Assembly (NCBI RefSeq): GCF_009914755.1
Contig: NC_060947.1
DNA length: 64,000 bases
DNA from: the human T2T-CHM13v2.0 reference genome, Homo sapiens
Strand: one strand, 5' to 3'
In this document: positions 41,480 to 54,001 of the stretch, piece after piece
Layout: each line of letters starts with the position of its first letter
Numbering within the stretch: position 1 is the first letter of the stretch
Made by a program: the position numbers and the translations under genes
Notes under the pieces: model-generated
Database searches by the model: none
Told to the model about the DNA's origin: nothing
Seen by the model: only the letters and a program-made list of their open reading frames with translations

Positions 41480-41618
41480 TTTTTTTTTTTTCTCTTAATA
41501 GAGACAAGGTCTCATTATGTTGCCCAGGCTGGTCTTCAACTCCTTAGCTCAAGCAATCCTCTCCCCTTGGCCTCCCAAAAGTGCTGGGATTATAGGCGCG
41601 AGTCCCCGAACCCAGCCA
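41480..41618 (-). mobile_element. Alu monomer (FLAM-like)
   Basis: T tail followed by GAGACAAGGTCTCATTATGTTGCCCAGGCTGG...CCCAGCC. Confidence 0.85.
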
Positions 41619-41786
41619 GGTGTTTTCTCTTTATAAGTGGGATACAGAAACATCTGGTTGGGGATTTTTGGGGTAGGGACCAGAATGGCTGGGTGTGTGC
41701 AAACGGGATGGCTCAATATTTTAATGACTGGTACAGTCACATCAATGTCTCCCAGCCAAATAGAGCCCTGCTTTTTCTCTCTTCAT

Positions 41787-41996
41787 TAGTGGTTCTGAAA
41801 GTGTGGTTACTGGACCCTGGACCAACAGCATCAGCCCATCCCCTAGAAACTTGCTAGAAGTGCAAATTCAAAACTTGCTAGAAGTGTGTGCAAGACTCAC
41901 ACTTACTGAATCAGAAACTCTGGGATGAGGTCTAGAAATGTGTATTTTAACAGGACTTCCAGGTGACTGATGCATACTCACACTTGAAAATTACTG
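41787..41996. mobile_element. MER5A, with an internal duplication of AAACTTGCTAGAAGTG
   Basis: AGTGGTTCTGAAAGTGTGG...ACTGAATCAGAAACTCTGGG...TTTTAACA. Confidence 0.8.
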
Positions 41997-43521
41997 CTCT
42001 AGGTAACTTTATTCTACAAACACAACTCACCCAAATTCTGCAGAGACCAAGATATTAACATTAATAGGAGGACAACTGCCAATCCCCAGGAGATTACTAT
42101 GAATTATTTTGACATGAGACTTTTACATTCTCTTCCTGACTTCACCTCCACTTACAGAGAGAAGTGTGACTGCCAACTGCCAAAGAATGGGTTCTACCTG
42201 AGGCTCCAAAAAGCAGGATTTCATGTGTCTGAAGCATGAAATTAACCTCAGAACAAGTTTGAAAACAGAAGAACCTAAGGATTGTGGAGGTGTGATACTA
42301 ATAAGCACGAAAACAAAAAGCATTCATCCCATTGTTGGAAAGGATTCTGAGATGTTTTAATTGAGAAAATATTTCTTTTCCTTACTACAGGCCTTGACTA
42401 GATATTAGCAAATAGTAGTCCATATGCTGGATTTGGTCTCATACTAATTGAAAATAAATTGAAATTTTTGCCAGTAGTTAAAATTTGAGATATTAGCTAC
42501 AAATATCAAATCTGACCACTCTTGATCATATTTAATAGGATTCAGCAACCCTAAACCTTCCTTCCTATAGGACAAAATTGAGTATCAATTATACTTCACA
42601 TCCAATTATACTTCGCATCCAATTATACTTCATATACAAAGTATAAGCTCTCCAGTTTGCTGTAGTCCTCATCACTCCCTATCCTTTTTTATACGCAACT
42701 CATCTCACTTCCTTATGTTATGTTTCTGGCTTCTACAATAGGCATTTGGATTTGGTGCCCCCCGGGGTCTTGATCACAGCTTCTCAAACTTAAATATGGA
42801 TACAGCCCACCTGGTGATTCTGATTTAAATTCACGGGGTTGGGTCGAAGAATTCAGTTCTAACCAGCTTCCAGGTGAAACCAATGTTGCTGGGTCATGGA
42901 TCACACTTTGAATGACAACATTCCAGGTAAGAATATTATTTATTTGAAAACCACTGCTAGTCTACTTAAGGTATGTGTTCGATCTATTAGTTACTACTGC
43001 TAAAACTCAGAAGATATAGATTTATGTGACACTGGCAGGGAAGTATCAAAGGGTATCAGACTCAGAATGCCCAAGTATGCCCTTCAGTAAAGTAAGGAAG
43101 GGCTTTATTACAGTACTGATATGTGAAAAACTCTAAAGATTGAAATAACTAGTAATGAAGAGGACGCTTCCTTCCTTCACTGAGGCCTGTGAAAAGAGCA
43201 TCAGTAAAGTGCAGGTGAATTATAGGCCAGAGTTTTCTGGGTGATTAGCAAGGAAGTGAGTAGTGGTCCATTGCAAGGCTGAACCAGAGGAAGAAGCAAA
43301 ATTGAAGGAGGCACTGATATCAGAAGGTGAGTTTAACAGCCTTCATGACACAAATGTCCTTTTTCCCAAAGATGGTTTAAATAAAGGGGTGACTTCAGGG
43401 AGTGGGGAGGTTAACCTCTGGGTTAAAATGTCATTAATATTAGTTGTAAAATACACTGGCTAACATTTATTCAACTTTTTTTAACATAACCTTGCCAAGG
43501 TAAAGATTTATAATACTAGTA

Positions 43522-43818
43522 TTTTTTTTTTTTTTTTTGAGACAGGGTCTCATTCTGTTACCCAGGCTCGAGTACAGTGACACAATCATAACTCACTGAA
43601 GCCTTGACCTCCCAGGCCCAAATGATCCTCCTGCCTCAGCCTCCTGAGTAGCTGAGACTACAGGTGCACCACCTTCCCTGGCAAATTTTTAACTCTTTTT
43701 GTATAGATGTGGTCTCCCTATGTTGCCCAGGCTAGTCTTGAACTCCTGGTCTCCAGCTATCCTCCTGCCTCGACCTCCCAAAGTTCTGGGATTACAGGCG
43801 TGAGCCACCGCACCTAGC
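43522..43818 (-). mobile_element. Alu (AluJ-type)
   Basis: T tail, GAGACAGGGTCTC, ATCATAACTCACTGAAGCCTTGACCTCC and CTATGTTGCCCAGGCT (J diagnostics). Confidence 0.92.
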
Positions 43819-43949
43819 TACTGTTATTTTATTTCTGAGGATAGTGGTAGGTTAAAGAGCTGGCACAGTGGCATGTGAAGCCAGTATAGAAATCACAAAC
43901 CCTGTGTGACCCAAGACTGTGCACTATTTTATTTTTTTCATGGGCAAAA

Positions 43950-44027
43950 TATTGTATTAGATCATATGAAATTTCTGATATTTCAATTTCTTTGTTGATG
44001 AAAATGGCTTCATATAGTTCAATTTAA
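43950..44027. mobile_element. Degenerate MADE2 MITE
   Basis: CATATGAAATT...AAAATGGC..TTCATATAGTTCAA, a palindromic remnant. Confidence 0.5.
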
Positions 44028-44526
44028 AACATGATGAAAATGAGACAGGAGTTTCTTATTTCCAGCTAACATTCTAAAGATGTAAATAAATTTGGAAAAA
44101 TTGTCAAAGTCACAAAATAAAAATCTACCATGCACAGATAGGAAAAAATGTTTGCATTTTTCCAGGTTTCATTTTATATCCTTCAAGTCGTCATTTAGAC
44201 GGGAAAGTAAAAGCAAAAGGTGAATGGAGTATACATATATGACTGGCAATAGAGAGCCGAGGGAGTGGAATTAGAATAAAGTAGTATAGGGCAGGAGTTG
44301 GTCCTGACAGTAGGTATAGGCAAAAGCATATCAGGACATGATACTAGGAACTGCTACGGTAAACTTCCAATCGTTCAGATCATCTGAGAATAGAGAGGGG
44401 CTAGCAAAACAGATAAGTTGTAAGAACTTGGAACTTTGGCAACATAGAGTTACAGACCTAATGGTCTCTAGCGTCAACGACATTTTTGATATATTGTTAG
44501 ATAACAGACATCCTTATGATTGTGCC

Positions 44527-44690
44527 CAGTGTTTCTCAAACTTTAATGTACATATGAATCACCTGGAGAGTGTCAAACTATGCATTCTAAGTCAGTAGGC
44601 CTGGGTTGGGGCCTGAGATTCTGCATTTCTAACAACTGCCCAAGGGATATCAATGCTTCGGATCCATTAATCACATTTTAAGGAGCAATG
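44527..44690. mobile_element. MER5-type DNA transposon
   Basis: CAGTGTTTCTCAAACTTT...GAATCACCTGG...GGGGCCTGAGATTCTGCATTTCTAACAA. Confidence 0.8.
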
Positions 44691-44884
44691 GTATAAGTCA
44701 CTTTGAGTTGGCCTTTTTGTCATTTGCAGTAAATGGCATTCTAAGACGTAGTATTTTTCAAATGATTTTACTCGAGAGCTGTCATCCCACCCCCGGACAT
44801 GAAAACGTATCTGTATGAACATAAAGGAATTCAATGGGAATGCCAGCTTTGCTTTACAGAAACTCTGTTAGAATGTAGGAAGGC

Positions 44885-45179
<295 letters not shown>

Positions 45180-45208
45180 AGAATGTAGGAAGGCAATTAT
45201 TCTTTAAC

Positions 45209-45420
45209 CAGTGTTGTCCAGAACTTACTAAAATGATGTAAATATTCTATGTGTGCACTATAGGTATACATATATAATGGACACTAGTCAGGTGGGAATA
45301 ATGAACACTTGAAATATGTATGGCTAGTAAGGCTCAGAAACTGAATTTTTAACTATATTTAATTATAATAATTATAATTTACCTACACATAGCTAGCGGC
45401 TGCAATATTGGACAGCACAG
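45209..45420. mobile_element. MER3 (hAT-Charlie)
   Basis: CAGTGTTGTCCA...CACTTGAAATAT...GAAACTGAATTTTTAA...TATTGGACAGCACAG. Confidence 0.75.
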
Positions 45421-46181
45421 CTATAAACCGACAGATAATTAGATTACCAATATCCGTGAATCCTTATTTGCAAGTACTTATCCATACCAATTTATTTTGT
45501 CCTCCAATGTCTATGAGGAATGACATCCTAAGTTTAGCAATCTAGCAATAAACATTAATAGCATTTTTTAAAATTTTCATTTTCCATATACAAATTTATA
45601 AATGCAAAATAGTACATGTTTTCATTAATTTCAGCCTGTATTTGATGGTCCTAATAGCATTTTTTGTGCTTTATGGAAATACATTATAAAATGTATAAAC
45701 ATATATTATGAAAACATAATCATATGCTAGGCACTAACTAATAAAGGCATAAATGGATAGACTTTATAAAACCTAGAGGACTACAATTAAAACTTACAAA
45801 TTACCAAGAGGTGTGAGCTCTTTAGGAAGACAGGCTCTCAGGCCCAATTCCCTAGAATTCACAGTTACTGGCATATATGCAATCCTCAATTTAAAAAAAT
45901 ACACCTAATAAAAGGAGGTAATGTATTATAATGAAAGTCTAGATTAGAAAAGAACTACCAGTGATGTTCAATTGACATGTCTTACATGTAAAATACAATT
46001 ACATGATTTAAGTCAGAAATAAAACCTGTATAATATGATTTAAGGGAAAGATACCAGTACAAATTAGAGAAACTTAATTTTTAATGCATGTTTTTACTTT
46101 TAAATGCACGCCATTTAGAAACTAAAATTGTACTGATGAAAATTGGAATTGATTTATTTACTTATTCAAAATGATGGCTCA

Positions 46182-46481
46182 GGCTGGGCACAGTGGCTCA
46201 GGCCTGTAATCCCAGCATTTTGGGAGGCCGAGGTGGCTGGATCACCTGAGGTCAGGAGTTCAAGACCAGCCTGGCCAATAGAAACCCCATCTCTACTAAA
46301 AATACAAAAATTAGCTGGGCGTGGTGGCAAGCACTTTTTAATCCCGGCTACTCAGGAGGCTGAGGCAGGAGAATCACTTGAACCCGGGGGGACAGAGGTT
46401 GCAGTGAGCTGAGATCACACCACTTCACTCCAGCCTGGGTGAAAGAACAAAACTCCGTCTTAAAAAAATAGATAAAAATAA
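46182..46481 (+). mobile_element. Alu (AluSx-type)
   Basis: Full dimer with TSD CAAAA(T/C)GATGGCTCA. Confidence 0.94.
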
Positions 46482-46663
46482 CAAAACGATGGCTCAAAAA
46501 TTCTAGCAAGGTGGTTCTTATAGATAGATTAGTTTTGGTTTTAGCTTAACAATTCTTTATATGCAACTAGATGCTTCTAGAATGCTGTCATCTGCTTAAA
46601 TAAGTAATTTTTAAAATCAACTTTGTTTCAGCTTTTGTTTCATTCTCTATTAAGAAAGGTATT

Positions 46664-46840
46664 GGGGGCTGGGGAAGGAATAGCATTAGGAGAAATACCT
46701 AATGTAAATGAGCTGATGGGTGCAGCAAACCAACATGGCACATGTATACCTATGTATCAAACCTGCGAGTTGTGCACATGCATCCTAGAAATTAAAGTAT
46801 AATAATAATAATAAAAGAGGGAGAGAAAAAAGAAAAGAAA
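46664..46840 (+). mobile_element. Short, heavily 5'-truncated L1PA 3' end
   Basis: ATAGCATTAGGAGAAATACCTAATGTAAATGA...GCAAACCAACATGGCACATGTATACCTATG...TAAAGTATAATAAT. Confidence 0.9.
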
Positions 46841-48249
46841 TCCAAGATAGGTTAAAAAACAGAAAGTTATTAATTGAGGTAATGTTTAAGTCCGGCTTTT
46901 ATTCAAACTATCACAGATAGGTGAATTAGTGGAATTTATATAAATAATGCCTTAATATAAAAAGGTACTAATTGATTAGAATCACTGAGAGAACTTTTCA
47001 AAATGACGTCCCAGCCCCATTCCCCAACAATTCAATCAGAATATCTGGGAATGGAGCCCAGGTATTGGTTCTGTAAAAAACTATCCAACCAGGTAATTCG
47101 AATGAACATCCAGGGTTGAGAACGATTGTGCCTCTTCCCCGCCCCCCCCCCCGCCCCAGGACACAGCCATAATTTTTACTTTAGCCCTTGGGTCCTCACA
47201 AGTGGCAAATACCTGGAAAGCTGTATCCAGACAACATGACTTGTTAGGGTTAACATGAACCAGATGCACAGAGGTAACATGGAGACAAAGGATCAGGATG
47301 CACAAACATGCGTTTACTTATTTATAAATGACTTCCACAAGTACTAAAATATCTATTATGTACCCCCAGAAATTACAAATAAAAAAGAAGACTTACTAAA
47401 GAGTAATTTTGATCTTGTAGAATTTGGGGCTTTTAAATATAATTTTTAAATACAAAATAATAATTGTGTGTCAGAAAAAAAGAGGTATTATTGTAATTAA
47501 TCCTATTGATTCAGCAACTGATATTAGCCCCAATTTACAGGTGGGGAAACAAAGGCTTACTTGGGTCAAAACGCAAACAAGGGAAGGTGACAAAGTGGGA
47601 ACTCAGGTAGTTTGGCTCCGGGGCCTGCTTCACAATCATGCAATATTGCCTGAACTAAAATTAACTTTTTAGAGATTAACTTTATATCTATTATAAAGTC
47701 ATTTATGGCACTGATTATAAATATTAAAAAAATAGAAAACAGAAGTTCATTTGGTGGAATTTTATACAGAGATTGTCATTAATAATTTTATTATTTTCAC
47801 CAAAACGAAAATTACAGTTGTTACTCTTGAGACAATTGTTCTTAGCATGATGTTTACTTTAATGATAGAAACCACAATACCCTATTTTTTAAATTTTTAT
47901 TTTTTTGGGTATATAGTATGTGTTTATATTTATGGGATACAAGAGACATATTCATACAGGCATACAGGCATAATATGACATTAGGGTTAATAGGGTATCC
48001 ATCACCTCGAGCACTTATCATTTCTTTATGTGACAAACATTCCAATTATACTTTTTGTTATTTTAAAACGTACAACAAATTATGTTTGACAGTAATCATC
48101 CTGTCGTGCTATCAAATACTACATCACATTCATTCAATCTAACTATATTTTTGTACCCATTAATGATCCCCACTGCCCCCGACCCACTAGCATTCCCATC
48201 CTCTGGTAACCATCATTCTAGTCTCTATCTCCATGAGTTCAGTTGTTTT

Positions 48250-48251
<2 letters not shown>

Positions 48252-48290
<39 letters not shown>
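48252..48290. repeat. T39 homopolymer (A39 in the DMD pre-mRNA) within the L1MA 3'UTR
   Basis: Directly visible in the sequence. Confidence 0.95.
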
Positions 48291-48293
<3 letters not shown>

Positions 48294-51200
48294 CTCTCAC
48301 AAGTAAGTGAGAACATGCAAAGTTTGTTTTTCTGTGCCGGGCTTATTTTAATCAACATAACGTCCTCCAGTTCCATCCATGTTGTTGTAAGTGACTGGAT
48401 CTCATTCTTTCTTAGTCAAGCTTAAGACTTGTCATTTTTGTCAACCCTTTCAAAAAAACCTTCTTTTTGTTTTGTTGATCTTTTGTATCATTTTGTTGTA
48501 CTTTAATGTATTTCAGCTCTGTTCCTTACTGTAATATTTATTTTCTCATACTAATTTTGGGTTTGGTTTGCTCCTTCTTTTCTAGCTCTTTAAGGTGTAT
48601 CATTCAATTATTTGAAAGTTCTTCTGCTTTTTTGATGTAGGTATTTATACCTATAAACTTTCCTCATAGTACTGCTTTCACTGCTTCCCATAGGTTTTGG
48701 TTACATTGCGTTTCCTTTTTCATTCGTTTCAAGAAATTCTATAGTTTCCTTCTTAACTTCTTCTTTGACCCACTGATAATTCAAGAGCATATTGTTTAAT
48801 TTCCATGTGTCTCTATAGTTTCCAAAATTCTTCCTACTGATATCTTGATATATTCAGTTGTGATCAGAAAAGCTAATTTATGTTATTTTGATTTTTGAAT
48901 TTTCTAAGACTTGTTTCGTGGCAGAACATATGGCTTGTCCTTGAAAATTATCCATGTGCTGAGAAGAAGAATATGTACTCTGCAGCTGTTGGATAAAATG
49001 TTCTGTAAATATCTATTAGTTCAAATTGGTCTACACTGCATAATAAGTCTGATGTTTCTTTGTTGATTTTATGTCTGGATGATCTATCTGGCCACTGCTG
49101 AAAATGGGGAATTGAAATCACCGGCTATTACTGTTTTGGGGTCTATCTCTCTAACTCTAATAATATTTGATTTATACGTCTGGGTGTTCCAATGTTGGGT
49201 ACATATTTATTTACAATTGTTATGTCCTCTTGCTGAATTGACCCCTTTATCATTCTACAATGACCGGCGTTGTCCCTTTTTATAGTTTTTGTCTTGAAAC
49301 CTATTTTGTCTGATAAAAGAATAGCTAATCCTGTTCTTTTTTGGTTTCGATTGGCATGGAATACTTGTTCCATCCCTTTATTTTCAGTCTATCTTTATCT
49401 TTATTGGTCAAGTGTGTTTCTTGTAAGTAACAGATTATTGTGTCTTGTATATTCTTTTATCCATTCTGTCACTCAATGTATTTAGATTGGATAGTTTAGT
49501 CAATTTACATTCCATGTTATCATTGGTACGTTAAGGACTTAAACACTTCCCATTTTGCTATTTCCTTTCTGGTTGTTTTGTGGCCTTCTCTTCATTCTCT
49601 CTTTCCTTCCTGTCTTACTATTAATGAAAGTAATTTTCTCTGGTCATATGTTATACATTCTTATTAATTTTTATGTACCTGAGTACATTATTTGATTTGT
49701 GGTAACTATGAGGTTTGTAAAGAATAAGTTATAATCCATTATTTGAAATTCATGACAACACTGGTTGCATAAACAAATAAGCAAAGAGAAAACTAAAAAA
49801 AAAAAAAATGCTACACTTTAACTTCATCCCCCCACTCTTTTTGTTGTTTCTATTTATATCTTATTATAGTGTCTATGTCTTGAAAAGTTGTTGCAGTTAT
49901 TTTTGATAGGTTCGTCTTTTAGTCTTTTTACTCAAGATATGGGTAGTTGAGACATCATAATCACAGTGTTATAATATTCTCTTTGTAACAGAATAGTAAC
50001 AAACCTTACTATCACCAGTGAGTTTTGTTACTTCAGATGATGACTCATTGCTCATTAACATCCTTTTCTTTAAGATTGAAGAACGCCCTTTACCATTTCT
50101 TGTAGAAAAGGTTTGGTGTTAATGAAATCTGTCAGCTTTTCTTTGTCTTAGAAAGTCTTCATTTCTCCTTCAAGTATGAAGAGGATTTTCATAGATATAC
50201 TATTCTAGAATAAAAGTCTTTTCCTTCAGCACTTTAAATGTATCATGCCACTCTCCTGGCCTGGAAGTTTTCCACTGAAAATTGTGCTGCCAGACATACT
50301 GGAGCTATTTCTATGTGATTTTTTTTTTTATATGATTACCGCTTTTAAGATCTTTTCTTTATCCTTGACCTTTGGAAGTTTGATTTTTAAATGCCCTGAG
50401 GTAGTCTTATTTATATTATATCTCCTTGGTGTTCTATTATCTTCTTGTACTTGAATTTTAATCTCTCTCTCTAGGTGGGGGAAGTTCTGTGTTATTACCC
50501 TCTTCAATAAACTTTTTAGGACTTTTTTGTCTCCTCTGACTGTATTTACAAATAGCTTGTCTTCAAGCTAATTCTTTCTCCTGCTTGATCAATTCTTCTG
50601 TTACTCGTCTCTGACGCATTCTTCAGTATGTCAGTTAAATCTTTCAACTCCAGAATTTTTGTTCGATTCTTTTTATTTCAATCCCTTTGTTAAATTTATG
50701 TGTAGGATTCTGAATTCCTTCTCTGTACTATCTTGGATTTTATTGAGCATCCTCAAATCAGCCATTTGGAATTCTCTGTCTGAAAGGTCACATATCTGTC
50801 TCTCCAAGATTGGTCAGCGATGCCTTATTTAGTTCAGTTGGTGAGATCATGTTTTCTTGGATGGTCTTGATGCTTCCGGATGTTCATCAATGTCTGGGCA
50901 TTGAAGACTTTGGTATTTATTGTAGTCTTTGCAGTATCGGCTTGTTTGTATCCATACTTCTCAGGAGGGCTTTCCAGGTATTTAAAGGTTCTTGGGTGTT
51001 GTGATTTATTCCTTTGGTCACTGCAGCCATATATGCACTGGGGTGCACCCAAGCCCAGTAATGCTGTGACTCTTGCAGACTGTTAAACGTACTGCCTTGG
51101 TGATCTTTGGGAAGATTCAGGAAAATCCCCTGTATTACCTGGTAGATAATCTTTTTCTCTTTCCTTCCCCTCAACAAAGAGAGTCTCTCTCTGTGATGAG

Positions 51201-51472
51201 CTGCCTGGAGCTAAAGGAGAGGTGACACAAGCACCCCTGTAGCTACCACGACTAGGATTGTGTTGGGTCACTCCTAAAGCCAGTACAACACTGGGTCTTG
51301 ATCAAGGCCCACACTGACCACTGACTGGCTATCACCTACATTCACTCAGGGCCCAAGGACTCTACAATCGGCAGGTGGCAAATCCAATGAAGCTTGTGTT
51401 TTTCACTTCAGGGTAGCAATTTTTCCCTGGTGGGTTTGCAAGATCCTATATGTAAGCCAGGGCCTGGGGTCA

Positions 51473-54001
51473 TGTATTAGGCCATTCTCACAATGCTATA
51501 AAGAAATATCTGATACTGGGTAATTTATGAAGAAAAGAGGCTTAAATGGCTCATGGTTCTGCAGGTTGTCCCTGAGACATGATGCTGGCATCTGCTCTGC
51601 TTCTGCGGAGGCCTCAGGAGATTTACAATCATGGCAAATTGCGAAGGAGGAGCAGTCATGTCACACGGCCAGGGAAGAGGTGAGTGGGAGGGTACCACAC
51701 ACTTTTAACCAACTGGATCTGACAAGAATTCACCCACTATCATGAAAACAGCACTAAGAGGATAGTGCTAAACCATTCATGAGAAATTCAACGCCATGAT
51801 TCATTCGGCTCCCACCCAGGCCCCACCTCTGACAGTGAGGATTGTAATTCAATGTGAGATCTGGGCAAGAACATACATCCAAACCATACTATTCCATCCT
51901 GGCCCCTCCCAAATCTCAAGTCCTTCTCACATTTAAACATACAATCATGTCTTCCAAACAGTCCCCCAAGGTCTTTACTTATTCCAGAATTAACTCAAAA
52001 GTCCGGAGTCTCATCTGAGACAAGGTAAGTTTCTTCTACCTATGAGCCCGTAAAATCAAAAACCAATTAGTTACTTCCAAGATACAATGGGATTATAAGC
52101 ATTGAGTCAACACTCCTATTCCAAAAGGGTGAAATTGGTCAAAAGAAAGGTCTCATGCAAGTCTGAAACCCAGCAGGGTAGTCATTAAATCTTAAAACTC
52201 CAAAATTATCTGCTTTGACTCCATGTCCTACATCCAGGGTAAACTGGTGGGAGTGGTGTGCTCCCAAGGCCTTGGGCAGACTCCAACTTTGTGGCTTTCT
52301 AGGGTTCAGCTTCCAAAGCTGCTCTTATGGTCTGGTGCTGAGTGTGTGTTTCATTTCCAGATACAAGGGTCAAGCTGTCAGTGGATCTACCATTCTGGAG
52401 TCTGGAGGACAGTGGCCCTCTTCTTACAGGTCCACTAGGCAATGCCCCAGTGGGGACTACGTGTGGGGGATCAAAGCCCACATTTTCCCTCTGCATTGCC
52501 CCAGGAGAAGTTCTCTGTGAGGGTTCTGCCCCTGGAGCAGGCTTCTGCCTGGAAACCCAGGCTTTTCCATACAACCTCTAAAATCTAGATGGATGTTCCC
52601 AAGCCTCAACTCTTGCACTCTGTGCACCTGCAGGCTTATGGCTTGTACCCGCTGGAGCTGTGGCCCAAGCTGTACTTGGGCCACTCTGAGCCACAGCTGG
52701 AGCTACAGTGGCCAGGACGCTGGGTGCGGGGGGGAGGGGTTGGGGCGGGGGCACAGTGTACGAGGTTGAACAGGGCAGCTGGGACCCTGGGCCTGGCCCA
52801 GGAAACCATTCTGTCCTCTTAGGCCTCCGGATCTATAATGGGAGGGGCTGCCTTTTAGATCTCTGAAATGCCTTCCAGGCCTTTTTCCCCATTGTCTTGG
52901 CTATCAGCACTTGCCTTCTTTGTAGGTATACAAATTTTTCTAGCAAGTGGTTGCTCAGAAGCCTTCTTGAGTTCTCCTGAAAATGGGCTTTTATTTTCTA
53001 CCACATATCCATGTTGCAAATTTTGAAAACCTTTATGGTCTGCTTTCCTTTTAAATATACATGTATAAATATGTAAAAAACCTGCACGTTCTGCACATGT
53101 ATCTCAGAACTTAAAGTACAATAAAATAAAATAATAAATATTCCATCTTATTTCTTTGCTCCTGCATCAGAGAGTAGGTTGTTAGAAGTGGCCACACAAC
53201 GTCTTGAACATTTTGCTGCTTAGAAATTCATTCCGTCAGACACACGAGATCATCACTCTCAAGTTCAAACTTTCACAGATATCTAGAGCATGGACATAAT
53301 ACAGCCAACTTCTTTGCTAAGGGATAACAAACATGTCATTTACTCCAGTTGCCAATAAGTTCATTCTTTCCATCTGAGACCTCGACAGCTTGGACTTCAC
53401 TGTGCATATCAGTATCAGCACTTTGGTAACAATCATTTAACCAGTCTCTAAGACATTCCAAATTTTCCCTCATCTGTCTTCTTCTGAGCCCTCCAAACTC
53501 ATCCAACTTCTGTCTGTTACCCAATTTCAAAGCAGCTTCTACATTTTCAAGTATCTTGACAGCAAAGCCCCACTTCTTGGTAACAATTTTCTGTACTAGG
53601 CCACTCTCGCATTGCTATCAAGAAATACCTGAGACTGAGTAATTTATAAAGAAAAGACGCTTAATTGGCTCACAGTTCTACAGGCTGTACAGGAAATATG
53701 ATGCTGGCATCTGCTCAGCTGCTGGGGAGGCCTCAGGAAACTTACAATTATGGCAGAAGGTGAAGGAGGAACAGGTACATCACATGGCCACAGCAGGAGC
53801 AAGAGTGAGAGGGAGGGTGCCACGCTTTTAAACAACCAGATCTTGCAAGAATTTACTCACTATTGCAAGGACAGTAGCAACCAATTATGAAAAATTTGCC
53901 CCCATGATCCAATGAGCTCCCACTAGGCCCTACCTCAAACACTGCAGATTACTACAATTCAACGTGAGATTTGAGCAGGCACACATGTCCAAACTATATC
54001 A
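51473..54001 (-). mobile_element. Two-LTR MaLR provirus (MSTA-like): LTRs 51473-51891 and 53592-54001 with internal region
   Basis: Two homologous ~410-bp direct repeats (TGTA(T/C)TAGGCCA(T/C)TCTC...ATGATGCTGGCATCTGCTC...CCAAAC(C/T)ATA) flank ~1.7 kb of MST/THE1-int-like sequence. Degenerate 5-bp TSD ggtca/actca. Confidence 0.9.
53057..53140 (+). mobile_element. ~80-bp L1PA 3' tip inserted in the MaLR internal region
   Basis: AACCTGCACGTTCTGCACATGTATCTCAGAACTTAAAGTACAATAAAATAAAA. Confidence 0.85.
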
